A stretch of 64,000 nucleotides of DNA from Schmidtea polychroa (GCA_044892525.1 CM097885.1:25050001-25114000); one strand, 5' to 3'; counted from the stretch's first letter, positions 1 through 13,174 are shown. Made by a program: numbers and translations. Notes: a model not told the origin generated them from the letters alone.

Positions 1-758
1 CACTCTCTGTTTCGAACTCCTTTAATGCTCCTTTTCTAACTCTTCAGTTCCTCTTATAATTCCTTTTTCTTGAAATTTGTTCCTCAAATTCCTATTGTCA
101 GTTTCTTCTTCAGTACCTAAGGCTACTACCGATTATCTGAATTTGGAATTTCCTTATATACTCCCATAATCGTTGTAATTGCCCCATTTTTCACCTAATT
201 GGTTTTGACTTCCTTAGTTATCGTTCTCTAATTAGTTATTTCTGTTGACCCTTTTAGTAATTCCTCTTCTTTTGTTTATCTTGTGGTGGGTTACTGGTGG
301 TTGAATGTTTAAGTGCTGTTACCAGCGTAACCCAGAATACAACATTGTTTTCCTCTTGGTACCCGTTGAGCAATCAACGTTGGTACTGTACCAAGGGGTT
401 GAGTACTCGCAAAAAGTGAGCGCGTCAAGCACTGTAATCGTCGAGCACTCTATGGGTTCACGGACGCCGATAGAAGGCACGTGTCCGATTTATTTCGGTC
501 CCTCATCGAGATTGTTTTGCCAAACACCTTTCTGTCGACCATCTTGTTCTAGACAATCGCAAAGTTTAATCACATATTCATTAGACAACAAGAATCATTT
601 ATTTAACCACTACTACATTACAAGGTCTGTTTTACTCAGGAGGGGTCGCACTCTCAAATATTCCTCAGGGTCGTGGATTGGCTTCAAGCTCTTTCGATTT
701 TTCTTGCTCGGCGAGCCAGGCCCTTTTCAATTTGTCTCTTGTATTCCGCCCCAGTCGT

Positions 759-1232
759 TTACGTTTCGGCTTGCTTGCCTGGGTAGGCGGGTATATCTTG
801 GCCAGCTCCACCGGAAGTGGGCGAATCTGCTCGCAGAGTGTCCTGGATGAACCTTTCGTTCAGTTTGCTCTCAAGCGAGCGCACTTGTAGCTTCAGCGCT
901 CGGATTTCGAGTTGATCTTGCTCCGCCTGGGTCTGGAGTTGTGCGATGTGTGTTGTCCGTTTCTTCATCTCAGCCGGACTGAACCAAGTACCTTCGAGTT
1001 CTCGGCACTTGACCTTGAGCTTCACGACCCGACTTCGAAAGTCTTCGGCTTGTTGCTGGGCCTGTTCGCGGTCCTTTCGTAGATTTTCGAGGAATTTGTA
1101 CACTAAATGAAGATAATAATGAAGTTCCATAACTAGCTTCCATATGCGTAAATGTGATTCGATTAATTGTATAGAATTAATAGATGAAGGATAGGGAGGG
1201 TCATCTCGTCCCTGGGGACACCCCATACGCAA
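759..1232 (-). pseudogene. Small coiled-coil protein of the large TG...CA element (frameshifted near its 3' end)
   Basis: Heptad-rich (LQTQAEQDQLEIRALKLQVRSLESKLNE). The homologue at 58199-58647 continues LAKIYPP...RAWLAEQEKSKE, which lies in another frame here. A likely splice acceptor precedes VYKFLENL in both copies. Confidence 0.6.
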
Positions 1233-1427
1233 TAAGACCTATATGCAATGACTAAAAGATGATCTATTATACAACGAATATGCACGATGAACAATAATAT
1301 AAAAGTTTTAATAATAAAAATTTCACAAATTGTCATAATTGCTACAAAAACAGGAAAATCAAACGCAACACAGTATCACTAATTGTATCACTCAAATAAT
1401 TTCGTCCGAATTGTCACTACTGATGAG

Positions 1428-1793
1428 TTAGACCGGGTTCTTACGGGGCCTTCCTCGTTTTCGTGGAGGGGCATCTGCCTCCTTCAGCTCTTCGGGGGTT
1501 ACTCCCTCGGCTTCGGCTCTGAGCTGGAGTTCGAGTCTCCTCAGCCGCATCTGGGACACTTCTACCTCGACGGCCGCTCGATCGCGGGCTTCCCGCAACT
1601 CATTGTTGGTGGGCTCTGTTTTCACCCACGCCGGGGCATCGGGCTCTGGGCCACTTCGGATGACCGGACCGTAATTATCTAGGTCCAACCCCCGGTTCCA
1701 ATCGTGGATCCGGTACCAGATGTACCGGGTCCGGAGCCGCGTGATCATTTGATTGTAGGCTTCATCACCGTTAGAGTCGTCAGAGTGAGACAT
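1428..1793 (-). CDS. 121-aa protein with coiled coil and C-terminal AT-hook (PPRKRGRPRK)
   Basis: ATG at 1793 follows an acceptor-like TTATAG. The RGRP AT-hook motif is present. A same-length (366 nt), indel-free homologue lies at 57524-57889. Confidence 0.7.
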   Translation of the reverse strand: MSHSDDSNGDEAYNQMITRLRTRYIWYRIHDWNRGLDLDNYGPVIRSGPEPDAPAWVKTEPTNNELREARDRAAVEVEVSQMRLRRLELQLRAEAEGVTPEELKEADAPPRKRGRPRKNPV

Positions 1794-3129
1794 TCTATAA
1801 TACAAATCGAAATCAGGACACCTTACACAGCCTGATATGAGTCTTTAAGGGACTCGGACAACGGAGTTCATAATTAAAACCTTGCATTCAAAGTTAATCA
1901 TTTTCGATAGTTGTAACTTGGAAAAAAATTTAATGAAGTTGTATAACTAGAGAAACGACTGCAATTACAACCTGGATTTCCGTAATTAATTTTTAGTTAA
2001 AAAGAAATTCAAAAGTCCTGTGTAAATTTTTAGTAAATCTTACGCTTTAACTAAATATATCCTAAAATTGATAACTAAATATATCCTAAAATTGATTAGC
2101 AATTAACTTTGTTTAATTTAATCATTTAAATTTTCAGAATCTTATTTACCACTAGATGGTAATTTAAAATTTTATACATTAATTTTTCCTACGAATTTAT
2201 GAAATTAGACCATTTTGGTAATTTACCACTAAATTCGGGTACACTGGGGCGATAAGTATTAGTGACGAGCTTAGTTTCTCGTTTACTTACTTCTCCCTCG
2301 GTTGTGCTCGTCGTGAGTGGTATAGTCTTCTCTGGCTAGCTTGGAAGTAATTTATTTATTAACAATAAATTTTCAATTTCAGGTACGTTTGGTGGGAATG
2401 GCCGATTTTAACTTTTGAGAGATTGTCATACGATTCCTTACTGGTACTTTTGTTTTATAGTTTATATCCAATACACATTTGCATTTCGTTAATAATAAAG
2501 TTTAGTATTTTCTTTTGGTAATGCTTTTATATTTCATATAAAGTATGTATTCGTAATTTATTAATAATTTATAAAGTTGTTTTTAGGTATTGCGGTAATC
2601 TGTACTATTTTCTCGATGCTTTACTGGTGGTTCAAGTAAGCCTGATTAATCATTCCAAGTTATTAAGGTAAGTTTATCTAACTCTTAATTTCTGGGGCTA
2701 CTAAGTTGACTAAATTTTTCCGTCAATTGATAACCTTGGGTTAAATTAAATTATTATATACACGTAGACACCTATAATAATCACGATAATAGCAATCATA
2801 ATGAGGCTAATGGTAATAAGACCGCTACTGATAATAATATCAGGAATGCTAATAATAATAATGGTAGAGCTATATTCCTATCAGATTACTATCTATGAGA
2901 GAGTCATTCATAAAAAATTAACAATTTGTATTCTATATATATACTGCAAACATTAAGGTAAATTCATAAACTATAACTTAGAAATAACTTAAACACCTAT
3001 GCGATTCTTAAGTATAATACAAATTTAGAGGTAGTGTATACTTATAAATTATACCTGAAGTTTAATATTAAATTATATTTTATATTTTAAGCATATAATG
3101 CATTTAAAATTAGATATTATATTTTGTGA

Positions 3130-3900
3130 TTTAGATACATTAGACATCTATGAATTATATATTCAAGTATAACATAAATTCATATTTTATAATTTAGGCA
3201 TATTAGACATTTATAAATTATATATTTAGGCATAATATAAAATTATATTTTATAAATTAGGCATATTAGACATTTATAAATTATATATTTAGGCATAATA
3301 TAAGATTATATTTTATAAATTAGGCATATTAGACATTTATAAACTATATATTTAATTATAATATAAAATTATATTTTATAAATTAGGCATATTAGACATT
3401 TATAAATTATATATTTAGGCATAATATAAAATTATATTTTATAAATTAGGCATAAATTATATATTTAGGCATAATATAAAATTATATTTTATAAATTAGG
3501 CATATTAGACATTTATAAATTATATATTTAGGCATAATATAAAATTATATTTTATAAATTAGGCATATTAGACATTTATAAATTATATATTTAGGCATAA
3601 TATAAAATTATATTTTATAAATTAGGCATATTAGACATTTATAAGTTATATATTTAGGCATAATATAAGATTATATTTTATAAATTAGGCATATTAGACA
3701 TTTATAAATTATATATTCAGGCATAATATAATTTATATTTCATAAATTAGGCATATTAGATATTTATAAACTATATTTAAGTATAATATAAAATTATATT
3801 TTCTAATTTAGGACTATTGTACATTTATACATTATATTTTTGAGTATCATATTAAGTTACATTTTACAGTTTAGGTATGTTCTGCATTTACCAATTATAT
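3130..3900. repeat. 63-bp AT-rich tandem repeat inside copy A, decaying further to ~4500
   Basis: TATAAATTAGG recurs at 3251, 3314 and 3377 (period 63). Each unit consists of two related half-units containing TAGGCATA. Confidence 0.85.
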
Positions 3901-6039
3901 CTTTAGGTATAATATAAAGTTATATTTTCTCCTTTCGTGCTATCATACATTTATACATTCTATTTTTAAAGATGTATTTTATTTCTCCTTTCGTGCTATC
4001 ATACATTTATACATTCTATTTTTAAAGATGTATTTTATAATTTAATTTTTATAGATTCTAAATCTAGTTCTATTTTATCATTTAGTACTATTACCCAATC
4101 ATACATTATATTTTTAAGTATAATATAAAGATGCATAATTTAATATTTATAGATTATATTTTTAAGTACAATTTTTTAAGTTATTTTCTTAATTTACGAA
4201 TATTTCGCAATTATAAGTTATATTTTAAGCACAATACTAAGTTATATTTTATAATTTAAGGACAATACATATTTACAAATTATATCTCTGAGAATAATTT
4301 TAGGTTATATTCTATAATTCAGGGATACTACATGTTTATAATTTTTATTTTTAAGGGCCATATCAAGTTATATGTTACCATTGAGGAACGCTATCTATTT
4401 AGAAATCATATAATTCTATTTTGTAAATTAAGATGATTATACATTTAGAGATCATGTGTTATTCAAAATTATATTTTATAGTTCGGCATATTGTACATTT
4501 ACGGATTAATAATTTAATGGTAATATGAGGTTACGTTTCACAATTTACTAACATGAGGCCTTCATGAGCTATTCCTTCCTGATTGTATTCTACGATATAA
4601 TTGATCGAGTCTTTTCATTTTATTATTCACGCTTGTCGAACTTCTTTATGAGGATTAATGCTTTTAATTCCGAGAAAAATCTTTACAATGACACGAAAAT
4701 TCTATGTATCAATGAGGTTCGCCAAACGTTTAGGTATAACTGAGTTCCTTAATGATGTCCAACCGACTGCATTACTAAATTGTAAGATGATGTTTATTTA
4801 AGTCTGAGTTCTACTCAATTATGACCTTAGTGGAAAACTATTGTATGAGATTTTTAATGTTGAGTTTAATTGTGTTCTGCATTCGAACTCGGGAAGAATG
4901 CTTGCTTACACGGCCCCACTGTGACCGCTACGACAAGCCCTACTGTAGTGTTGAGTCGAAACATCACTGTCGACCGATAAATAAATATATGGAGCCATAG
5001 CGGAGGGGTTTTATCGACACAACTCTATGGCAGAACCATGAAGTGGCCGACCTCCGATGACCGAACAACAAAAAAAATATATAAAGGATATTGCATGTCT
5101 GCATGTTTCATTTTAGAAAAATTCATTATCATCAAATGTAGGACTAAATAGAGACGCACTGAGACGCCGCTGATCAGTCGTATTTAAAGAAAAAAAAATT
5201 AAATAAAATAAAAAAGTAGGTCCTAAAAATTGATTTACATTAAAATAATTACATAAGTGATTATTCATAGATAAAACATATATCAAATAAAAAAAAATAC
5301 CTACTATTAATTTTTCGGCAAAATTTTCGTCAACAAAATATTGGCATAAAGTGATTGATTGTGACTGAAACGTCTCAGTATATATACCTATTTTGTACAC
5401 GTGTATGTATTGATGCATTAAAACAAACTCGAATTCTTTTTATTCCAGAATTTTCTATTTCGCGATTTTGATATTTTTAATGGCAATTTTTGTGCCATAA
5501 TTTTTGTTTTTATTTTTAAATTTTTATTTTTTAATTATTTTTCGTTAATTTCACGTCCATGATGGATTTGGAACGGTTCCAGAACATTCTATATTACTTT
5601 TAATTTAATTTTTATTTTAACTGATGTTTTATGAATTTCTTTTTAAGATTTTTTTATTTTTATTACTAATTTATTTATTTTTCTAAATTTTATTGTTTAA
5701 GGTAGCTTTTATGATGGTCATCGCCATTTTTATGGAATGTTCTGGGTTTTTCTGGAATTTTTTACTGTTTTTACCATCTTTTAAGTTATTCGAGTTTGCT
5801 TTTTGTAATTCTATGTTTATTTGGTTATTTTTGAGTTAGATTTTGCATAACTTCTTGCTTTTGTATAATTTTTATTTAATTTCTATGTTTATATTTTTTG
5901 TTGTTTCTCTTTTAATCATTATTGTTTATTTGATGTAATTTTATTATTTAACTATACTTTTTGCTTTTTGCATGCTGTGTACTTACACATTTCAGTCACA
6001 ATCATAAGTTTGGGCCTAGAATTCAGTTCTAGCCCAACA

Positions 6040-6580
6040 CTTGTTTATCCGACTGTTTGGATAATTGCCCTCTAAATTCCCAGTTTGTTTATTCTCCAAA
6101 ATTGCCGCGCTCGGGTTTTCTTCATCGCTCGGGTTCTCCATTGGCTCGGACATCCCATTAGCTTGGGTTTCCCATTAGCCAATTAATTAATTAAATAATA
6201 TTTTGTATTTTTCATATTTGCCTGTTTTACGACCCTTTCTAAACATTTTCTAACAATTTCTTACTCATTGTCTTCTTCTCTATCCCTCTCCCGTTTCAGC
6301 TTCAATTTCGATAACATTTCACTTTATTCCACTTCCTCAGGTTTGCGCATCTTTCCATTTCGTGTCTGATTGTACCCTTTTATAGTTCTGTTTTTATCAT
6401 ATATTTCTTTGTCATTACTTCTCTGCTTGACCGCCATTCTTTTTCTTTCAATTTCGGTTTTCTTTTTATTCGGAACTATTCAATTTGATATAATTTAATA
6501 ATTTACTTTTACAACCTAAACAAAATGAATAATTATTCTTTTGTACTTAATTTATTTTTCCATTTTTAAATTAATTCTAA
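6040..6580 (-). repeat. Diverged LTR fragment related to the 38214 LTR; target of copies A and C
   Basis: The reverse complement of 6105-6215 matches the AATTAATTAATTGGCTAATGG..AACCCGAGC repeat block of the LTR at ~38560-38650. Confidence 0.65.
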
Positions 6581-6868
6581 TGGTGGGTTACAAATGATTA
6601 AATATTTTGCTCTTTATTGTTGTTACCAGCGTAACCCATGATACAACATTGTTTTACGCCTTGATACCCGTTGAGTAATCAACGTTGGTACTGTATCAAG
6701 TGGGTGAGTACTCGCAAAAAGTGAGCGCACTAACGGCACTATAATTGTCGGGTACTCTATGGGTCCACGGACTACCGTTAAAAGGTATGTGTCCGATTTA
6801 TACTGGTCCCTTTGCTAGATTTTGTTCTCACATGTATTTGCACATTTACCTACATAAGCATACACATC

Positions 6869-6871
<3 letters not shown>

Positions 6872-6935
<64 letters not shown>
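6872..6935. repeat. (TA)n microsatellite
   Basis: Direct reading. Confidence 0.95.
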
Positions 6936-6943
<8 letters not shown>

Positions 6944-6953
6944 ATCTCATTAA

Positions 6954-7110
6954 CCCATTCGCCGCGTCACAAATTTATCACACTTTCGCCAGGAGCGGCT
7001 TCGGTTTTTTTAAATGAATTAGCTGTTTTTAAAGTAAATCAAAATTATTTATGATTAATATCTTTACAAAATGTTTCTGGTTTTTTTGGGGCCAAGACGC
7101 AGTCAATGTG
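6954..7110. mobile_element. piggyBac-like MITE (157 bp)
   Basis: TTAA on both sides (6950-6953, 7111-7114). Imperfect TIR: CCCATTCGCCGCGTC versus reverse complement CACATTGACTGCGTC. Confidence 0.5.
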
Positions 7111-10022
7111 TTAAGCAAATGAAAATTAATAATAACAATGACTAACTACAAATATTAATTTTTTCCTTTTAATTTAATATTTAATTAAATTAATTTATAT
7201 TTACAATTTCATTTATATTCATTACAATTTTGATTATAGATTAATGCTTTTTCTATTTGACAAATCATGTCGATTGCCATTTTCAATTGTTATATTTTTG
7301 TTATTATTTTTTGTTTAAAGTTATTCATTTTCAATGAACTTTTAAATCGTCCTGAATATTTTTATTTTAAAATTTTTTGTTTATGCATTTTTTAAATAAT
7401 GAAAGTTTAATACCAATGAAATTTTAAGTAATTGAATCGATTTTCTATTATTTATTTCTATTGTTTATTTTAAGTAAATTTTATTCTAAGAAAATTTATT
7501 ATGATGAAGCTGACATAGAAGAGAAAATTATACTAGGTTGGGTCCAGAGGGATAAGCCACTAATAAAACGTCAAATGCAGTGCAGTTAAGACATATCGAA
7601 ACTGGTATAGTTATTAAAAAATCACATTAGTGTTATAATTAATAAATATCAACCTTTGGAATACTTTATCAGGATACCCGATCATTAGAAGGAAATCGAA
7701 AACTAGCTGGACAAATATTGAATACCAAACTGGACATTCCGTGTAATTGAGGAAATGTAGAAATCATTTTAACACAAAAGAAAATGTGATAAGAAGGAGC
7801 GAGATAAGTATAATAAATCTCAAGAGCGCTTCGAAATGACAAAAAAAATGTTCAAAAACATTCTGGAAGAAAACTCCAACAATGATAAATGAATTACTTA
7901 ATTCGATTGCGGAATTGTGTACAAACTTAATCCTGTACTTATGTCAAACAAATAAAAATATCAGAAGTTTGGAATCTGAAAATGAATTTACAATTTTTAA
8001 AATGTTATTCGCTATTTTTGTTTTTTTAAATAAATGAAATTAGAAAATTATTTTTGACTTTTTATTTTTATAATACAACCTTATTAGTGAAATGTTTGAA
8101 TTAGTAATGTTATTAGAATCAATTCTGAAGGATTTGTAGTTATGAAATTGATATAAACTCTAGATGAACCGATCGATATTATAATTTATACATATAATTT
8201 AAATTATTAGATTTGACGTCTTTTTTGTGGGGGGCTGTTACTAGAGATTTACCTAAATATTATTGGGGGAAAAAATTCTAAATTAAATTTGTCATTAGGG
8301 GAATCCTAAAATCAATAATTTGGTTTATAATTTTATTTTATAAATTAAAGATTATGTCAATAATATAATACTAATAGCGCTACCAGTACTAATGATAATA
8401 AGAGTGAAAGTGCTAATGGCAATGATACCAATAATCGTAACAATAATAATATTAATAACGATAATAATAGAGGTAAATATATATTCCTATAAGATTGCCA
8501 CATATGGGGGGGGGGTCATAAAAATTAAGAAATTATATTTTTAAATGAGCTAAAATTTAACCCTATATGAACATGATATAATTCAATACACCCAAGTAAT
8601 AATTAATGGTTACATGTTTTGAGGGGGTTAAAACTATAAGCTATATTTTTAAAAGTAATATAAGTTGGATATATTTGAAAACAAATGAAATTAGTACTTT
8701 CGGGTAATCATTAATGACTATATGATCTGAGGGGGGGTCATTTATAAAAATTTTCAAGTTATATTTTTGAATAAAATATAAGTGGAATATATATTAAGAT
8801 AAGACGATTTAGTATATTTAGGTAATGAATAATGACAGAATGATTTTGAGAGAGGGGGGTTGTTTATAAAATATTTACAACTTATTATGAGATTATAGAT
8901 TATAGATTATTTTTATCGCTAACGTAGTTTATATTTTATACTTTTATGACCAAATTAAGATTATAATTTATACTCTTACAGCTAATATAAGTTTATAATT
9001 TATATTTTTATGAAATTAAATTTATAGTTTATATTTTTAAAGCTAATATAATTTTATAATTTACACTTTTAGGATCAATTATAATTTTTATTTTTTATTC
9101 TGGAATTTTCTATTTTCTATTTTTGATGATTTTAATGGCAATTTTAGTGCCATAATTTTTATTTTTATTTTTAAATTTTTATTTTCTAATTATTTTTGTT
9201 AAAGTTGCCTCCATGATAGATTTGGAGCAATTCCAGAACATTCCATATTAATTTAAGGTTAATTTTTATTTTAATGTTTTTCCTTATTTCTTTTTTCAAA
9301 TTTTTATTTTTTGAACTAATTAGTTTATTTTTGTTAACTTTTGTTGATTTACATGACTTTTATGATGGATGTCGCCATTTTTATGAATTGTTCTGGAATT
9401 TCACCTATAATTTTATATTTTACTATCTTTTGATGTCATTCGAGTCTGCTTTGTTTTATAAATTTTATGTTTCCTTGTTATGTTTGAGTTAATTTTCTTG
9501 CAGTACTTCTTGCTTTTGTGTCATTTTATTAAATTTCAGTGTTTATATTTTTGTTGTTTTGCTCTTTGTTAATATTGTTTATTTGATGTTTTTATCTTTA
9601 TATTTCATTAAACTTATTGCTAGGTATGCGTGATATGTACCACCACACCTCAGTCACAAAATAAAGTTTTCGGTCTAGAAATCAGTTCTAGCCCAACACT
9701 AATAACACCTTCGATTAAATTGCACACTGTTTTGTACATTTGAAATTTATTTGAACTAAAAGGAATAACCCCAACATCTCTAATGATAAGGAAATAATTA
9801 GAGAAGTATTCTTCCGAACTAAAAAGTATAGAACAAGACTAACCAGAAACTGTATGGCGAAAATTTGTTGGGAGGAACGATTATAGAGATAGAAAAGTAC
9901 GTTATAATGATGAAAAAACGCTACAAGCATTAAAACTATCATTCAAAAGTTATCAACAAATATGGAAATGCAGAGTAAATTAGAGAAACATACTTCTTAC
10001 AGTGCTCAAGTTTTTTTCTTGG

Positions 10023-10772
10023 TGTAATATACGAGGTCAAACATGCGATTGACCTTAACATCGCATGTTGACATATTTATAATAATTATTATGTAAGGAT
10101 AATTCCAGAACATGATGTAATCATATCGAAATAATCTCGCATATTTATTGATTAATTTGTATTGGAATAAATTAGTAGTTGATTTATACTTTATCTTTTA
10201 TATGGCGTCACGAGCAGGATGTCAGAGAAAATTCCAAACACATTGAAAATTGATGACAGCTCAACGGAACAAGTATATTTTGGGAATTATTGACTACATT
10301 TCGAAATATGCATGGTTTATTCCAATTACAGATATTACTGCTGCAACAGTCGCAAGATCAATTTGGGAACAGTGGATTACTAAATTTGGTTGTCAAGAAT
10401 ATATGCATTCAAACAATGGATCAAATTTTAGAAAAAGCTAATTAGAGTATTCAACGTAATCAGAATTAAACAAAGGTTTTCAGGTAGAATCAATGGACTT
10501 CTTCTTTACGATATAATAGAGGAAGAGTGATTCAAAGGTACTACAATCAAGTAAAAAGAATCCAGGCTTACCCTGCTTATCGATAAGCGGGATGTAATAT
10601 ACGATGTCAAACATGTGATTGACCTTGACATCATATATTGACAAATTTATAATAATTATTATGCAAGGATAACTCACGAACATGATGCAATCATTTTGAA
10701 ATATCCTCATATATTTATTAATTAATTTGTATTGGAATAAATTAGTAGTTGATTTATACTTTATCTTTTAGA
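10023..10772 (+). mobile_element. TRIM-like or internally deleted Gypsy element with ~180-bp LTRs and an integrase remnant
   Basis: Direct repeats 10023-10202 and 10593-10772 starting TGTAATATACG. PBS-like TGGCGTCACGAGCAGG at 10203 and purine tract AAGCGGGA before LTR2. 5-bp TSD CTTGG. Internal ORF 10250-10441 (KYILGIIDYISKYAWFIP...WITKFG) is an rve integrase core fragment. Confidence 0.8.
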
Positions 10773-11158
10773 CTTGGAAACAGAGAGTTTTTAAACATGA
10801 CGTTAATAACATTACACTAATAATTTGGGTGCTTTTTGTGACGGTACGGCGCACAGGCACCTTTTCCAACTTATAAAAAATAAAAATTATTAATTTTAAC
10901 TTTTAAGTGTTCTACATTTTTATTGTATTTTATTATACTATTAATAAGAATGTGGGGTCAAAAGTCAACATTCTACTACTTTCAAATGCTATAGAAACTA
11001 TAGAAAAAAAAACTATAAAAACTATAGAAGAACCATTTGCATGAGTGACCGAGTCTACTCGCTACAGATGCTAGAAAGTTTGATTGTATATGTGAGTGAG
11101 ACTCAACATTAGATCGAGATTATCAGGACCCATGAGTCATAAATAGACTTATTTATTT

Positions 11159-11758
11159 TTAATTAAAATTATTAATTAAATTAACTCCAGGTTCAAGAAC
11201 AGTGTGAGAAATTGGTACTATTTGTAGTTGAATTATTGAAAAATAAAGAAACAAAACGAAATCAAAACTTTTACTTACTTCATCGTCATTAGTAGACATT
11301 TGTAAATTCCAAAAGTTCCGATAATATACCAAATCGTCATTCAGAATGTCTTTCTTTACTTTCAAATTTACCAAATGAGTTTGAATATTTTCCAATTTAT
11401 TCAATTTACTCTTATAAATATGCATAATGTTCTTCGTTTCAGTTTTGACATTGTTGTGAATAATCCACAGGGTGTTCATGACCTCCATGGTAAATTGAAT
11501 GAAGATCGAGGAGGAAAGAATTGTTTTCGAAAGAGACAGAATTTCATTGTGAATTTCTATGAATTCCGATATATCAATGACCTTGGAAAAATGAGTTGAC
11601 AAAAGTGTTTCATGAAACTCTTTTCTCGTGGTGTCATTTATATTCTTTTGTTGGAAATGTAGGAATGATAATTTCTCAATAATTTTCTGGACAGCTTGTG
11701 TATTTTCTTTATTAGTTAGATACTCGGTATTCTTTTTATCTTCAGTTTTACTAATCAT
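11159..11758 (-). CDS. Hypothetical protein or exon (199-aa ORF), function unknown
   Basis: A long ATG-initiated ORF in very AT-rich DNA with no recognisable motif. Confidence 0.3.
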   Translation of the reverse strand: MISKTEDKKNTEYLTNKENTQAVQKIIEKLSFLHFQQKNINDTTRKEFHETLLSTHFSKVIDISEFIEIHNEILSLSKTILSSSIFIQFTMEVMNTLWIIHNNVKTETKNIMHIYKSKLNKLENIQTHLVNLKVKKDILNDDLVYYRNFWNLQMSTNDDEVSKSFDFVLFLYFSIIQLQIVPISHTVLEPGVNLINNFN

Positions 11759-12128
11759 TTGATCTATTGTGAATCAATGATATGTATTTCAATAAAATAT
11801 TTAACAATAACAATTCTGGGGGCGGGCACGTAATGTAATTTAAAAGATGGATCCACTTACAGCAAATTTAGACAACCATTAACATAGCAGATTACACCCA
11901 GTTCCATTGGACAACATTTTTTATAATTAAAAAAAATCAATAAATTTTATAATATAGGCAACCAGTGTCGAACTAAACCGGAGGGACATTACCCAATGGG
12001 CCGGTCGAATTAGAAGCTTCAAGGCCGGCGATACCTGAACTAACAAATTATCTTTTATTTTTTTTGATTAAAAAAATAATACAATATATGTACATCTGTA
12101 TGCTCCTTTCAGCTCTTTTCAATACATT

Positions 12129-13174
12129 TGTTGGGTTATTGAGTTGGTGATAAAATTTAATGTTACTCTGACTCCAAGCGTGTCTTTATATAATTCACAA
12201 ATAACACTTGAGAACAGAAATCTTTATTGATAATCACAAATAAACTTTTACTTGACACTGACAATAAATTCAACAATCTGCTTGGTGACTATACAATGCT
12301 TATTGCAACACTCGGTGAGGAATAGCACTTTTGTATAACACCGGATTAAAAGATCACAAATTACTGATTGGTTTCTAAACTGGGATTCTGAGCTGGTTGT
12401 TTTCTTTGACTTTCTTCCAAACTTTATTCCAATACTCAAATAACTTCTTTTCGTTTTATTATTCAACTAATTCTTCTCTTCAACTCTTCTCCAATAATTA
12501 TTTTCCACAATTATTTCCTTTACAACTATTTTTGACAATCGTTTGTCCAACAACGTTTCGTCCAACGTCTAATTTTCTTCAATAATTTTATTTATTAAAT
12601 CGTCTCTCAAATCGTATCTCAGATCGTCTCTCAAATTGTCTCTCAAATCGTTTTCAATGTCGCGTCACTTTGTCTCTAATTTTTCTTCTAATTTTGTTCT
12701 CTCTTTTGTTCTCTTTTCATGTTCACCAGTTTTCCCTTATATAGTTCGCTTCTCTTGTGGAACTCTAGATAATCAAGTGTTTTCCCACTTTCCTTCTCCT
12801 GCTTTCCCCGACTGTCCCATTTTTATCTCTGACAGCTGTCAAGTTGTTTTTCCCTTTTTCCTTTCTTGTTTGGCCGCCTTCTCCCATCAATTCTATTATC
12901 ACTGGCAAGCTGTCGAGATAAAGATATATTGTTGTTTTCCTTTTTCCCTGATTTCAAAATTCCTTTTCCTTTTTGTACTAATTAATTAGTACTGACCTTG
13001 ATTTTTATTTTCCTCTTTGATAACTTTTATTTCCTTTCTCTTTCTCATTTTCAATTTCTTTTCACTTCCGTTTTCTTTTCTGAGTCCCTATAGATCGTCC
13101 CGTTTGTCATGGCGATCTTCCCCCAGGTAATTTTATTTATTTCTTTATGAATTATTATTTAGGTATCCTCAACA
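12129..13174 (-). mobile_element. Solo LTR (1046 bp) related to the 17.4-kb Gypsy element
   Basis: The minus strand reads TGTTGAGG ... GGAGTCAGAG ... AACCCAACA, the same termini and subterminal motif as 38214-39270. 4-bp TSD CATT (12125-12128, 13175-13178). Confidence 0.85.

Larger units (their letters stand above)
284..6039. mobile_element. Large TG...CA element, copy A (giant solo-LTR-like, 5.76 kb)
   Basis: Begins TGGTGGGTTAC and ends CTAGCCCAACA (imperfect 11-bp inverted ends). Flanked by 4-bp direct repeat CTTG (280-283, 6040-6043). Colinear in inverted orientation with 36030-58997 once the nested LTR element is removed. Confidence 0.8.
6581..9698. mobile_element. Large TG...CA element, copy C (3.1 kb, internally deleted or rearranged)
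   Basis: Same termini (TGGTGGGTTAC ... CTAGCCCAACA) and 4-bp TSD CTAA (6577-6580, 9699-9702). 6581-6812 is homologous to 284-535, and 9095-9698 to ~5440-6039. Confidence 0.8.

Noticed and set aside
305..850. 181-aa plus-strand ORF
   Set aside because: It overlaps the structured terminus and the antisense of the coiled-coil gene, and is not maintained at full length in copy B.
284..6039. Interpretation as a Helitron, DIRS or parvovirus because of the terminal hairpins
   Set aside because: TG...CA ends with 4-bp TSDs point to a DDE integrase, and no Rep/helicase, tyrosine recombinase or NS1 is present.
7500..7980. Possible degraded transposase fragment inside copy C
   Set aside because: Too decayed to identify catalytic motifs by eye.
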